A stretch of DNA of 52,353 nucleotides, counting the filler, from a bacterium (GTDB taxonomy: Bacteria > UBA9089 > CG2-30-40-21 > SBAY01): assembly GCA_040757115.1 (NCBI GenBank). It is 3 parts of 3 records of this genome, joined end to end, with 100 filler letters (N's around TTAATTAATTAA, not from the genome) between each part and the next. Parts side by side here need not be neighbours in the genome. Positions count along the whole stretch, not along the records: positions 35,215 to 52,353 come from JBFLYA010000074.1; 2 more parts are not named here. One strand, 5' to 3'. Positions within the stretch are counted from its first letter, which is position 1. Every line of letters begins with the position of its first letter. Position numbers and translations under genes: made by a program. The notes beneath the pieces were generated by a model. That model was given only the letters and a program-made list of their open reading frames with translations. It was not told the origin of the DNA and did no database searches. Shown here one piece after another: positions 41,301 through 49,600 of the stretch.

Positions 41301-41384
41301 TATCACTAATTTTTCAGTTAATAAGGTTTGAGCCCAGACATTAAGCGGTATAAATAATATTAGAAAAACACACCTTTTAATCAT
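35388..41384 (-). CDS. sprA: SprA-like large outer-membrane beta-barrel (T9SS translocon homologue) with an N-terminal Lys/Glu-rich coiled coil
   Basis: Q.L.V.L.G.I...I...VDY, V.FGDV, GSE.IYVDG..L....DY.IDY.TG, IDLGEVSE and LDTEDLNGDG motifs; terminal Phe. ATG 41384 preferred (ORF extends to 41423). Confidence 0.75.
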   Translation of the reverse strand: MIKRCVFLILFIPLNVWAQTLLTEKLVIDKELLTPSAKKSTASKVETTTRKQAFTSPYQSLAQGEISLLKPISKIEEKIGELEPEVEFEVIIPYQIKLKFDRDHYNKIKRAAEKIARIERKELAQRREKILEEKQKLIEEEEQKMKELEIKIAREEKQKFEEKLQLIEEDIEQELARKKAKQQEEKRIKELAAKKVEEEAKLKREIIEEKEKLELAQKEAEKLAKEKAEREKGEKEEAQRKAIEEKKKSELEKKEPEKVTKEPAEKEKKPEKLAKKSEKEKRKEERRKKREEELAGQKEFDLNAFLDRELPIDSKLQIDGTKVIDIKAGNSEFLDSKRRKNKEKPGGGFTSGINIHQELTVLLQGTIKNKINIKVDYSDIDQNKKQKFYINYQGDNKEVVQKVEFGDVKFSAPNTEFVNYNQQVFGVSAEAKLGKKTNLWGIASRTKGIRVTKEFKGDRRIVNINRADTSYLAQKYYYLFSQELGTIATPITLEAVYIDDKNGNNNNPPKHIGQATAIIGSKTYTGRFDIQYNGEDYTYNNGDSIITFKQNVGRDYIVGVVFRDNTGKYFPQQYSGDINNPGTILMIEPGVAYVEDDIFEMKNRYTIGEKGIPTDTDLKLEIIDNASKNFFDKNNNNTKDTGEYYYLQIFGLDNNGDGKIDDNPTINQDYIDHETGIIEFPDMTCFDLRGTETNPFLNAHINELKDYLELLSVSYNPNDDYSKQHKYTIIGSYTTKIKTYMLGYLNIVEGSEQIYVDGKLLTPNTDYFIDYDTGFLTFMPHINITENTTIKIDYEYTPFIGTKYQKTIAGLRGEFKLNDNFSIGSTYLYEGAQKLKKIPKVSDPTLGNLQVVDVNASIKVLPLLKNLFKMDNKLPLDITIGGEVAKSFKDKNTFGSAIIDSMEGVEDARTISMDENAWQLGSLPQTNKRAKLLYCKDSYGNLMTAPAYRPISEISGPYDYEENVKWEDDDTVEENVLRLHYTDFGTDSWISIVSPLSNTPIDFTDYTHLEIWLRNSDLNKIDELYIDLGEVSENADGIGGEGRLPKKEDVNNDYVLNQNEDTGWQFQYLDGITTQIGADNNQLDTEDLNGDGILSVNENYFVLNFKEFGGTVSIKYQIGDWQLWSIPLSKAQIGTGTPRLSAIKHIRLRFKGTETATEGEICVGGLGLIGSGRWSMGTVTPYGKGTFTVSSKNAEDDVYSSIRTFAEYKELYPDEDMKREEALVLKYDLEPTTAGSQTPTTITKGYSYCTFQTQQGYNDYKYLKFWLYGDSQSEKFFIRFGLNENNYFGYTLPVDFTGWRLISINLDDFKNKLISVIEEEKRKGSNTPPYNYTELPYGYEAKNNPTFDDVKWLSVGVENTSTTQSISGEIYVNEIHLSEAKESNGMARKVAINTKFKDYLSLDWSEKVIDGEFECIGRAPQNDDTTRQDLTLNFTRIKFLPLKYEWFHDISKLDPLVGQNMLNNNCGQTTAKYQKLSTNFKIKELAKKIPKFPDITLNAWGDRKIINTDRRSKKEDETYENLHGDTTYVYNYTFPKKIFRWIPTGEKLGLTSTYKHNEDWSKKEYQVETTKNERILTRAQDERVDLEWTPIKTLTGKSMSNFTQTLKKTQNLAQDDTKYYLSSRKLEQKFDRIVYSGIPFINPRVDSGMIYQESYAGTSTNRRKDINTSAHFGLTSEKELNPFEWFPKLKGWPRYKIFTFTPKFTLDVSANYNNLLAELGLLDCIKNIYNDYYKGQLLKGEGPKTGQYPSFGGERRSASNKRGYELRSNWYTPWKPLEKTSLNYTKTDEKGQNQSSLTWSLTDSYELDMGINLLTAFPKYNKLLGTSSSDRTYFTNKYTWSKTQSNETTIKTQLQPSLIWKRKWKQGLDTEFKLDHQNSKTKKQGGLNDSLFNITPSFLIKHDITRPQPVKLPFGRKLSLKKRLTTDTTLKIKLEKKKENNRLTVHTNEYSVDMSGTYELQKNVTGTLGGKIGYTQNKLEKDKNFYGYEGRFRVDFKF

Positions 41385-41444
41385 CACTATTTCCCTATTG
41401 TATAATGATACCATATAATTCAATTAAATGCAAGTAAAATTTTG

Positions 41445-41553
41445 CGACCTGTGCGATTAAGATAAACCACGAAGGGCACGAAGACCACGAAGAAAAAATA
41501 TTGTAACTATTCAGTAATTATTCAGCCACAGATTAACACGGATAAATAGCAGA
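41445..41553. mobile_element. left ends of type C and type D elements
   Basis: CGACCTGTGCGATTA plus CACGAAG 9-mers, then GTAACTATTCAG / GTAATTATTCAGCCACAG. Confidence 0.7.
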
Positions 41554-41958
41554 TATAGCGGTTATTAACTGGAAGTTTACATAGGATAATACCCATAAAT
41601 AAGGCATGAGAATAATCGTTCCGTTAGGAACATAATATCGGTAGGAATAGATAGACAAATCAATCAGTTCCGTAGGAACGATATATTGGTAGAAAATTTA
41701 TGGAAAGCCATTTACCGATATATTGTCCCTATGGGACATTAAATGAAGGATGAGGTAGAATTTTCATATTCTATTTTTCCCATTTTATCATAAGAAATGG
41801 GGGAAAGCAAGCCAAATGGACATAATTGTCTAAAAATATAGAGAGTTATAGCACTAATTTGACATAGTGTAGCAATGGTTTGCGCATAACTTGTTAATTC
41901 ACTACGAGTAGTTACGAGTATTTAATTCTAAGTAAAGTTTTGAATAATAACTGCTATA
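41554..41958. mobile_element. type E MITE (inverted)
   Basis: Reverse complement of 21605-22059, lacking one 48-bp unit. Confidence 0.88.
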
Positions 41959-42195
41959 TAGTTGATAGTCCTTCAACTATCAACTATCAACGATTTTTAG
42001 TTTTACGCTTTTAGTTTTAAGTTTTTCAGAGAATTTTGCAAATTTGCCAAAGTTCAGTAAAATTATCTCTTTCCTTTCAGCGTTATTCTTTGGCAACTTA
42101 TCAATTTTGAAATTTGATTTGTAATTTTGCATTTTGATATTTGATATTTAATATTTATTTGTTGTCTCCCCCAAATCCTATTTTGCAGAACCCTA
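41959..42195. mobile_element. partial type F element with a four-helix-bundle remnant
   Basis: Ends TTTTGCAGAACCCTA; shares sequence with 8930-9256 and 14264-14590. Confidence 0.8.
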
Positions 42196-42212
42196 AATTC
42201 AATATAATAATC

Positions 42213-43433
42213 TCACCCCTTCTGGGTTAATGAATTATAGACTTTAATTGTTCCCTCTGCCATACTTTCTAAACTAAACTGCCTTATTATTTTTTCCCGT
42301 GCTTTTTTGGCTATCTTTTCAGCCAATGCTTTCTCTTGCAATATCCTGATAATTTCTTGCGTTAAAATCTGGATATTACCAGGCGGGACTAAAATCCCAT
42401 CTTCATTATGGGTAATAACTGTAGGCACACTGCCAAGATTAGAAACTATCACCGGTTTCTCACAAGCCATTGCCTGAATTATGGTTAAATCATAACCATT
42501 GATACGGATAGTTGCATTGACAAAGACATCGGCTAAATTATAAAACAGGGGTAACTCCTCATAAGGCACAAGTCCTGTGGTAATAATATTTTCCCTTAGT
42601 CCTGCTCTATCAATCAGTGTCTCTAAATCCTCTCGATAATCTCCATCACCTACGATGATTAATTTAGTCCCTGGAATACTCTTAAGGATAGCAGGCATAG
42701 TTAGGATAATGTTTTGGATTCCTTTTTCTTTAGTCAATCTGGCCACACCTAAAATAACTTTACCTGCTTGATTTATTTTGTATTTTTCTCTTAATTCGGT
42801 GCTATTTTTAGGAGCAAATAAATGCGTATCAACTCCATTATAAACCACAAATATATCGCTATCCCTGGTTTGATAAAGGAACTTTATGCGTTTTATTTGT
42901 TCATTACTTGTAGCAATGATAGCATCGGCTCTCATAAGAGCTTTACGAGATACAAAGAAATAATTATAAATATGATATAAAATCCTGCGTATAGATAAAA
43001 AGGCATTTCGTATATCTTTGTAAGAGGAAAGTAATACACCCCACGCAGACTTTAGCTCATCAAGGTTTGTGCCATGTAAAGAAATTACCGTCGGGATATT
43101 GTATTTTTTATTTAATCCCTCTAAAAGAAAAGGTATTCCTCCACCACTTTGACCATGAACAACATCAAATTTTTCCAGGGTATGTAACCTGATAAATTCC
43201 TGGACACTTTTTCTACACCATGCCCACGAATATTTACCAGGTCTTGTTCCCTTTGTATAATATATTTCTATGCCATCGATAACCTCGTATTCTTTACCTT
43301 GTGGATGTTGGGTGGTAATCAAAATTACCTTATGACCTTTCTGGGCAATCCCTTTACAAATCATCATCGTATGGTCTTCCAATCCACCTTTGGCATGTAC
43401 CGGTATAGAGCGGGCTAACATACAAATTCTCAT
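42213..43433 (-). CDS. GT4 glycosyltransferase
   Basis: GGLE, VYNGVD, VARLTKEKG and QAMACEKPVI motifs; AAGGAG RBS before ATG 43433. Confidence 0.92.
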   Translation of the reverse strand: MRICMLARSIPVHAKGGLEDHTMMICKGIAQKGHKVILITTQHPQGKEYEVIDGIEIYYTKGTRPGKYSWAWCRKSVQEFIRLHTLEKFDVVHGQSGGGIPFLLEGLNKKYNIPTVISLHGTNLDELKSAWGVLLSSYKDIRNAFLSIRRILYHIYNYFFVSRKALMRADAIIATSNEQIKRIKFLYQTRDSDIFVVYNGVDTHLFAPKNSTELREKYKINQAGKVILGVARLTKEKGIQNIILTMPAILKSIPGTKLIIVGDGDYREDLETLIDRAGLRENIITTGLVPYEELPLFYNLADVFVNATIRINGYDLTIIQAMACEKPVIVSNLGSVPTVITHNEDGILVPPGNIQILTQEIIRILQEKALAEKIAKKAREKIIRQFSLESMAEGTIKVYNSLTQKG

Positions 43434-43484
43434 TCTTGATGCTCCTTTCAAGTAACTCTTTCACTTTTGCTCATTTTTGGGAGA

Positions 43485-43513
43485 ATTTTAGCACAAATTT
43501 TATCCTCTGTCAA
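43485..43513 (-). promoter_or_regulatory. sigma70 promoter for the GT4 gene
   Basis: TTGACA-17-TAAAAT with TG. Confidence 0.65.
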
Positions 43514-43713
43514 TAAAAATTTACACCCCCGCGTAATGGGTCACTGAAATGGGAAATTACCTGCAAGAAGGCACGTGGTGAGTAGTTTCTCCTCTTCATC
43601 CTTTTTTGTATCAACAAGGGGCTACAAAGAAAATGGGGAAAGAAAAGTTATTTTCTCTTTCCCCACTCTCTTTCCTTAAGAGACAAACCTTTATACTTAT
43701 CAACATCCATTCG

Positions 43714-44169
43714 TTACTTAACACCAGGTGGAGTAATAGTCTCTTTTATCTCTGGTGCCTCTCCAAAACTGAGACTAGCCGACATATCGCCCACATAGTC
43801 GTTCCAATGTGGACAGGCGTAATCTGCTAGTCCTTGCCAGGTTACAGGATCAAGTCTTGCCCTTATGGTATAATCAGCTCTTGTAATGTTTCCCTGTGCG
43901 TTAATGTCATAAGCGTTGCCAAAGATCCCTATTTCTAATACATTGTCTCCCTCTACAGATACAAACGCTGCTGCTCCATGAACAGTGTTCTCTGCCCCGA
44001 CACCAGCGTAGATACCTGCTATGTCAAAATAAGGAGCAGGATCTCCATCATATCCCAATTCAAATTCCCAATTCCCAACTGTTAAAGTTACTACGGCGGC
44101 GGAACTTGCCGTTATCAGAGAGAACACTAAACTCATCGCTAATATGGTTACCCTCATTACCTTCTTCAT
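43714..44169 (-). CDS. secreted hypothetical protein
   Basis: Sec signal peptide (..TASSA|A); strong AAGGAGGTGA RBS. Confidence 0.8.
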   Translation of the reverse strand: MKKVMRVTILAMSLVFSLITASSAAVVTLTVGNWEFELGYDGDPAPYFDIAGIYAGVGAENTVHGAAAFVSVEGDNVLEIGIFGNAYDINAQGNITRADYTIRARLDPVTWQGLADYACPHWNDYVGDMSASLSFGEAPEIKETITPPGVK

Positions 44170-44189
44170 CTTTTTTCACCTCCTTTCTT

Positions 44190-44700
44190 TTTAAAGATTG
44201 CGGAAATACAAAATGCGAGCTAAAAAACAGAGGTTAAATCTCCATCAGCCAGAGAGATTCACCTGTGAAAAAGCTTATTTGTTGCATCAGTCATAGAAAT
44301 CTCACAAACGCATAGTTACATCCTTTTTGCTTTTAGCCACAGATGTTACCACACCTTCCGGCTGATAATTTTAGCTCACTTTAGCCTTACCTGAGTTTTT
44401 TTTCAGGCTTTCCGCGGCTATCTTATCCTTCCCACTTGATTTATAAATCGCACCCTTGTCTTTCAGTGCTCAAAATATATCTCAAGTGAAAGGTTGACCC
44501 TCTTATTGTGCAGAATGCAGTTACCCTCCTACTATCCTTGAAATAGTCGAGTTTTTTATCATCGACTTTCAACGGAACTTCCCCTCTATTTAAAGACAAA
44601 AATTTAGCACAACCATTTGATTTTCAATAAGATATAGTGATATCTCTTTTTTTCTAATTCCTATCTACAATTGAAAGAAGGATTTAATTCCTCATCCCTT
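44190..44700 (-). ncRNA. candidate structured 5' leader RNA
   Basis: Five complementary helices identified by eye between the promoter and the RBS; not assigned to a known family. Confidence 0.4.
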
Positions 44701-44708
44701 AGGATTGT

Positions 44709-44737
44709 ATAATAGCATATTAATTAAATTTTGTCAA
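44709..44737 (-). promoter_or_regulatory. sigma70 promoter about 530 nt upstream of the secreted protein gene
   Basis: TTGACA-17-TATTAT with TG. Confidence 0.65.
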
Positions 44738-44767
44738 GCATTTTTTAAAAAAAATAATAAAAAATTT

Positions 44768-45403
44768 CGACCTGTATGGTTAGAAATTATAAACAATGAT
44801 AAGACTATGGAGTTAGATAATTTGAAAGCAATTTTTGTATGTGTATAGCGTGCTACAGTATGAGGGTATAAATAATTCCGTAAGATTTAATGTATCCCGC
44901 AGATTTCGCAGATGAAACGCAGAAATAAAGGGATTCGAGATTCGGGAATAAAAGAATCCCCTAACCACGAAATCCGAACCCCGAACCCAGTTTTCAGAGG
45001 AAACGGACATGAGCCAAGGCTCACAAAGGGCAATGAAAATGGGAGAAGGACAACCCCCTAACCCCCTTTATTAAGGGGGAATATGTGTTCTAAACCAGAG
45101 GATACGAGTCTGTGGATACTATACTAATTCGCTAATCTCTAATTCACTAATTCGCTATTTTCAGGGGAAACACTCATGAACCTGCGGCTCACAAAGGGGG
45201 ATGAAAATAATGGAAGAACAACCCCCTAACCCCCTTTATTAAGGGGGAATATCTGTTCTACACCATAGGATACGAGTCTGTGGATACTATACTAATTCGC
45301 TAATCTCTAATTCACTAATTCGCTATTTTCAGGGGAAACATCAACGATAATCTGCGAAATCTGCGGGAGATAGTCCATATTCAAAACCTAACCATACAGG
45401 TCG
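44768..45403. mobile_element. type C MITE with a composite interior
   Basis: Perfect 16-bp TIR CGACCTGTATGGTTAG; inverted CGCAGATTT arms; internal 168-bp tandem duplication. Flanks AAAAATTT/AAATTTTT are not an exact TSD. Confidence 0.88.
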
Positions 45404-45426
45404 AAATTTTTTTGTCCTATCTGTAA

Positions 45427-46593
45427 CTATTGATATTTATTAATGTTATAGAACTTTCGATTTATCAGTACCCCCACGCAATCAAGCATAGTTTTTGCTG
45501 CCCGAATCGTTGCTCCAGAACCACCCAGTTTTTCCTTTACTTGTTTCAACTCGGTTATCATTTTTCCCCTTTTGTCTTCATTTTCCAATAACTCTATGGC
45601 ATATTGGGAAATAAGTTCAGGCTCAGCCTTATTTTGGAGTAATTCTGGAACAATCTCTTTTCCGGCAACGATATTTGGCAAGCCAATAAAACCACCCGTA
45701 GAAACTAATATCTTACCCAATTGCCAGGTGAGCCAGTTGAGTTTATAAACGATAATCATCGGCACGCCTATTAAGGCGGCTTCTAATGTCGCTGTTCCGG
45801 AGGCAACGATGAGTAAATCACTTATGTTCATTACCTCATAGGTATTGTTTGATACTATTTTCGTATTTTGAAGTTTGAATTTCAAAATATCCTCTTTTGA
45901 TAAAGTCGGGGCTAAAGGCAGGATAAATTGGGCATCCGGAAAATGTCTCTGAATTTTTTCAACCCCGGATAACATAATTGGCAATAAAACCTTAATCTCA
46001 CTTTTTCTACTGCCAGGCAACACGCCAATAATTTTCTTTTTCTGGTCCAGATTAAACTCTTTGCAAGCCTCTTCTTTACTCATTTGAGGGCTGACGATGT
46101 CTAATAAGGGATGACCGATAAATTCTACCTTATTGCCTGCCTCTTGATAAATCCTTGCCTCAAAATCAAATATACAAATAACCTTATCAACTAATTTCGT
46201 CATTGTTTTTGCCCGGCCTTTTCGCCATGCCCAGGCAGTTGGAGGAATATAATATACGGTTGGGATGTTTAATCTTCTGGCTGTTTTTGCCAATCGCATA
46301 TTAAACTCAGGGAAGTCAATTAAGACTAACAGATGAGGTTTTTCTTTCTCTAAATAATTGCCAACCTCTTTCAGTCGGTAGATAAATTCAGGGATTTTAG
46401 TGATAATCTCTACAGCACCAATTGCACAGAGGTCAGATATATCAAAATCTATCTTTACCCCTGCAAGTGCCATATTAGAACCACCCATTCCTTGAAGATG
46501 GACATCTGGCGATAATTCTTTTATGGCTTGAGCTAATTTGCCACCATACAAATCTCCGGATGCCTCGCCGGTGATAATGACTATTTTTTTCAT
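45427..46593 (-). CDS. lpxB: lipid-A-disaccharide synthase
   Basis: GEASGD, IDFPEFN, GHPL, LPGSR.SE and SGTATLE motifs. Confidence 0.96.
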   Translation of the reverse strand: MKKIVIITGEASGDLYGGKLAQAIKELSPDVHLQGMGGSNMALAGVKIDFDISDLCAIGAVEIITKIPEFIYRLKEVGNYLEKEKPHLLVLIDFPEFNMRLAKTARRLNIPTVYYIPPTAWAWRKGRAKTMTKLVDKVICIFDFEARIYQEAGNKVEFIGHPLLDIVSPQMSKEEACKEFNLDQKKKIIGVLPGSRKSEIKVLLPIMLSGVEKIQRHFPDAQFILPLAPTLSKEDILKFKLQNTKIVSNNTYEVMNISDLLIVASGTATLEAALIGVPMIIVYKLNWLTWQLGKILVSTGGFIGLPNIVAGKEIVPELLQNKAEPELISQYAIELLENEDKRGKMITELKQVKEKLGGSGATIRAAKTMLDCVGVLINRKFYNINKYQ

Positions 46594-46653
46594 TTCTTTT
46601 AACCTCTTACCAATTACTTTCCCCATTTCTCCGTTTCTCCCTTTCTCCGTCTC

Positions 46654-49600
46654 TTATCTGATAATCACTAATTTCCCTGATTTTTTCTCAACACCATAGG
46701 TAACGATATAAATATATACTCCACTGGCAACATCCTTTGAATGACTGTCTTTGACATCCCATTCGTATATCGAACTGACATCCTCAATCATTCTTATCAA
46801 ATCTCCTGATATATCATAAATTCTAATCGTGGAATTAGCAGGTAACCCCTCAAATATGATTTTATCATCCCCTCTGCTGGGTTTAAAAGGAACAGGATAG
46901 ACGATGAATTTAGAGAGGTCTTGAGCCTCAAGATAAACAATTAAGGTGTAAATCCCAAGTCGGGAAATAGGGGCAGTGACTTTATTTTCAAATGTATTCA
47001 CCACGCCATCCTCAATTTTCACCCATCTATTGTTTTTTAATTCATAAATCGCTAAATTTAACTCTTTACCGCCAACCATAGATACATCCGCTTCACTATA
47101 GGTAATCGTAATAAAGGCTGATGTTGTGCCAAATCCCTCAGTTAAAATCTCTCTTTGTTCATTTCGTCCCTCGATTTTATAAACTGTATCTGGAATCCTT
47201 TTTACCAGAGTGTCTTTGTCGGTATAGTAATTAGCCGTAGTAACCTCTGGGTCGGGTGGGTCTTTGATAAAAACCGGGTAATAGTCTTCTGGTAGAAAAT
47301 ATCGCGCCACATCTATCGCTATATTTCCTTCTTGTATCTTTTCATCTTTACTATCGTCTATTAAAACAAAGAATGGATTACTCTTTATGGTTCTGACTCC
47401 ATCTGTGGCTGTTATTTCTACATCGGGCGTTGCTTTATTTATACTCACCGTGCCTGTCCATATCCCTGCGGTAAAATTACGGGTGATATTGATGGAATTG
47501 GTCGTGTCAGTTAAATTAAAAGCACCATTATAATCTGCGATATTCTCATAAATATCATAAGCGGTTACGGTTGCGGGGAAAGATGTCCGCCAGATTTGAG
47601 TTGAAATGTGGTCAATCTTAAAATGGTTCACAATTGCGGGCAAAACCGTAAATGGTGGGGAAATACCAGTTTTGCCTTGTGAAAATATATTAATGGTTAC
47701 ATTATCCATTGCCGTAGTAATAACAACCTCTTGTGAGCAAGTGCCTGATTTAAAATTAGAGGTAGTTTTGGGTAAAATAGTTGTGGTTGTATCCTTCAAT
47801 TCGCCAGAATTATTAAAACTTTCCACGATATTGCCATATTTATCGTAGGCAGTTATTTGAATCTCGAATTTTTGACCTGCAATTTGAACTTCAATAGGTT
47901 TAAACCCAAAATGGTCTAAGACATCCGAAATTAATGTAATTGTAGCAATTCCCGTTATCTCCTCGACTTTATATGTTAATATCTCAAGACCGGTTTTTGT
48001 TCCGGCAACAAAGGTCGTAGAGGTTGCCTCAAGATGAGTTAGAGTTCCAAGTCCATTTTCCATTTGCCATTGACCATTTATCACCCTTTCATTCGCATAC
48101 TTATCAAATCCTTTGGCTTTAAAAGGTTGTGAATTTGTAACCACAGTAATCGTTGCCTGTGGCAGGATAATAATATAAGATAAGGAGCCAGGGAGAATGG
48201 TAATTCCCGCGGTAGCAAAGATATTGCCGACAAAAGCCTTTATTATTCCTTTTCTAACTAATATCCCGGCGGTAAAGATGGTTTGTGAGCCAACATTTGC
48301 ATTAAAATATCCGATATTTTCAGTGACCTCCCAATTACATTCAAAATTCGCTAACTCATTATCATGGTCATCATATCCTTTAGCAATTAGTGGTGCGGCG
48401 GCATCTACAATTAACTCTAATGTGTTTGGTGAGATAGAGATGTAAGATAAATCAGAGGGGAAGACAGAAAATACATTGCTCATTCCTGTTTTAGTGCCAG
48501 ACCAGACCGTGATTACCGTAGTTCCTACCTGATTAATTGAAACTGTGCCTGTCCAGATGCCAGAGGTAAATTTTGTGGTAGTTTGTGGGGCAATCGTATG
48601 AGATGTATCCTGAAGATAGGCAGTATTATTATAATCCGCAATGTTATCATAGGCATCATAAGCGGTGATGGTAATTGGAAAACCTACCCCAGCAATTTGT
48701 GTGGTGATTGTTGCAAAGATAAAGAACTCAAAGTTATTGGGTTTAACTAAGAAGGTATTGCTTGTGCCAGATTTATCATTATCCATAGCGGTAATATTTG
48801 TTGTGCCCGCTTTTTTAATAACTACCATCCCGGACCATTGTCCATCTTTAAAATTACCACTTTGATAAGGCTGGACACTTAAATTAACACTATTAGAAAA
48901 TGTTGTTGCGGTATTTCCCCAATTATCATAAGCCGTAATTTTGATTAAGAAATCAATTCCCGCAATCTGTGTTCCAATTTCATCAAACAAAAAGTATGAG
49001 ACTTCACCTGGTTGAACAAGGAATGGGGGACTCACCCCTTTTTTACCTTTGCAATCAGCGATGAGTAGTGCCGTTCCTGCCTTAAAAACACTCACCGTGC
49101 CAATGTATTTACCATCTTTAAAATCAGTAATGGTCTTTGGAGTAATTTCACCATTAAGGTTAGTTAAGGTTACGGTATCTTTAAAGTCAAGGACAGGATT
49201 ATTCCAGAAATCTACTGCGGTAAGGGTGATAGTAAAAGGTGTTCCTGCGGTTTGAGTGCCAATATGGTCAAAATTAAAGTGATGATGCAGTCCAGAGGTT
49301 ACCGTGACCATAATAGAGTCAGATGGATTTTTTCCCCCAATGACTTTTGCGGTGATGGTGCCTGTGCCGACTTTGGTGGGTGCAGAGTAAGTTGCTATGG
49401 CTATGCCATTAATAGTCGGTGAAGATAAAGTTATAGAACCAATGATTGTGGACCAATCGACGATAGTTCCATCATCAGCGAGGTTACCAAATTCATCCTT
49501 AACCAGTGCAGTAATGGTCATAGTTTTTGTCACCGGGATAGTTACTGAGCCTGGTGAGATAGTTATGGTTGCGGGCGCGACTAATGCCCGAATTTGAATT

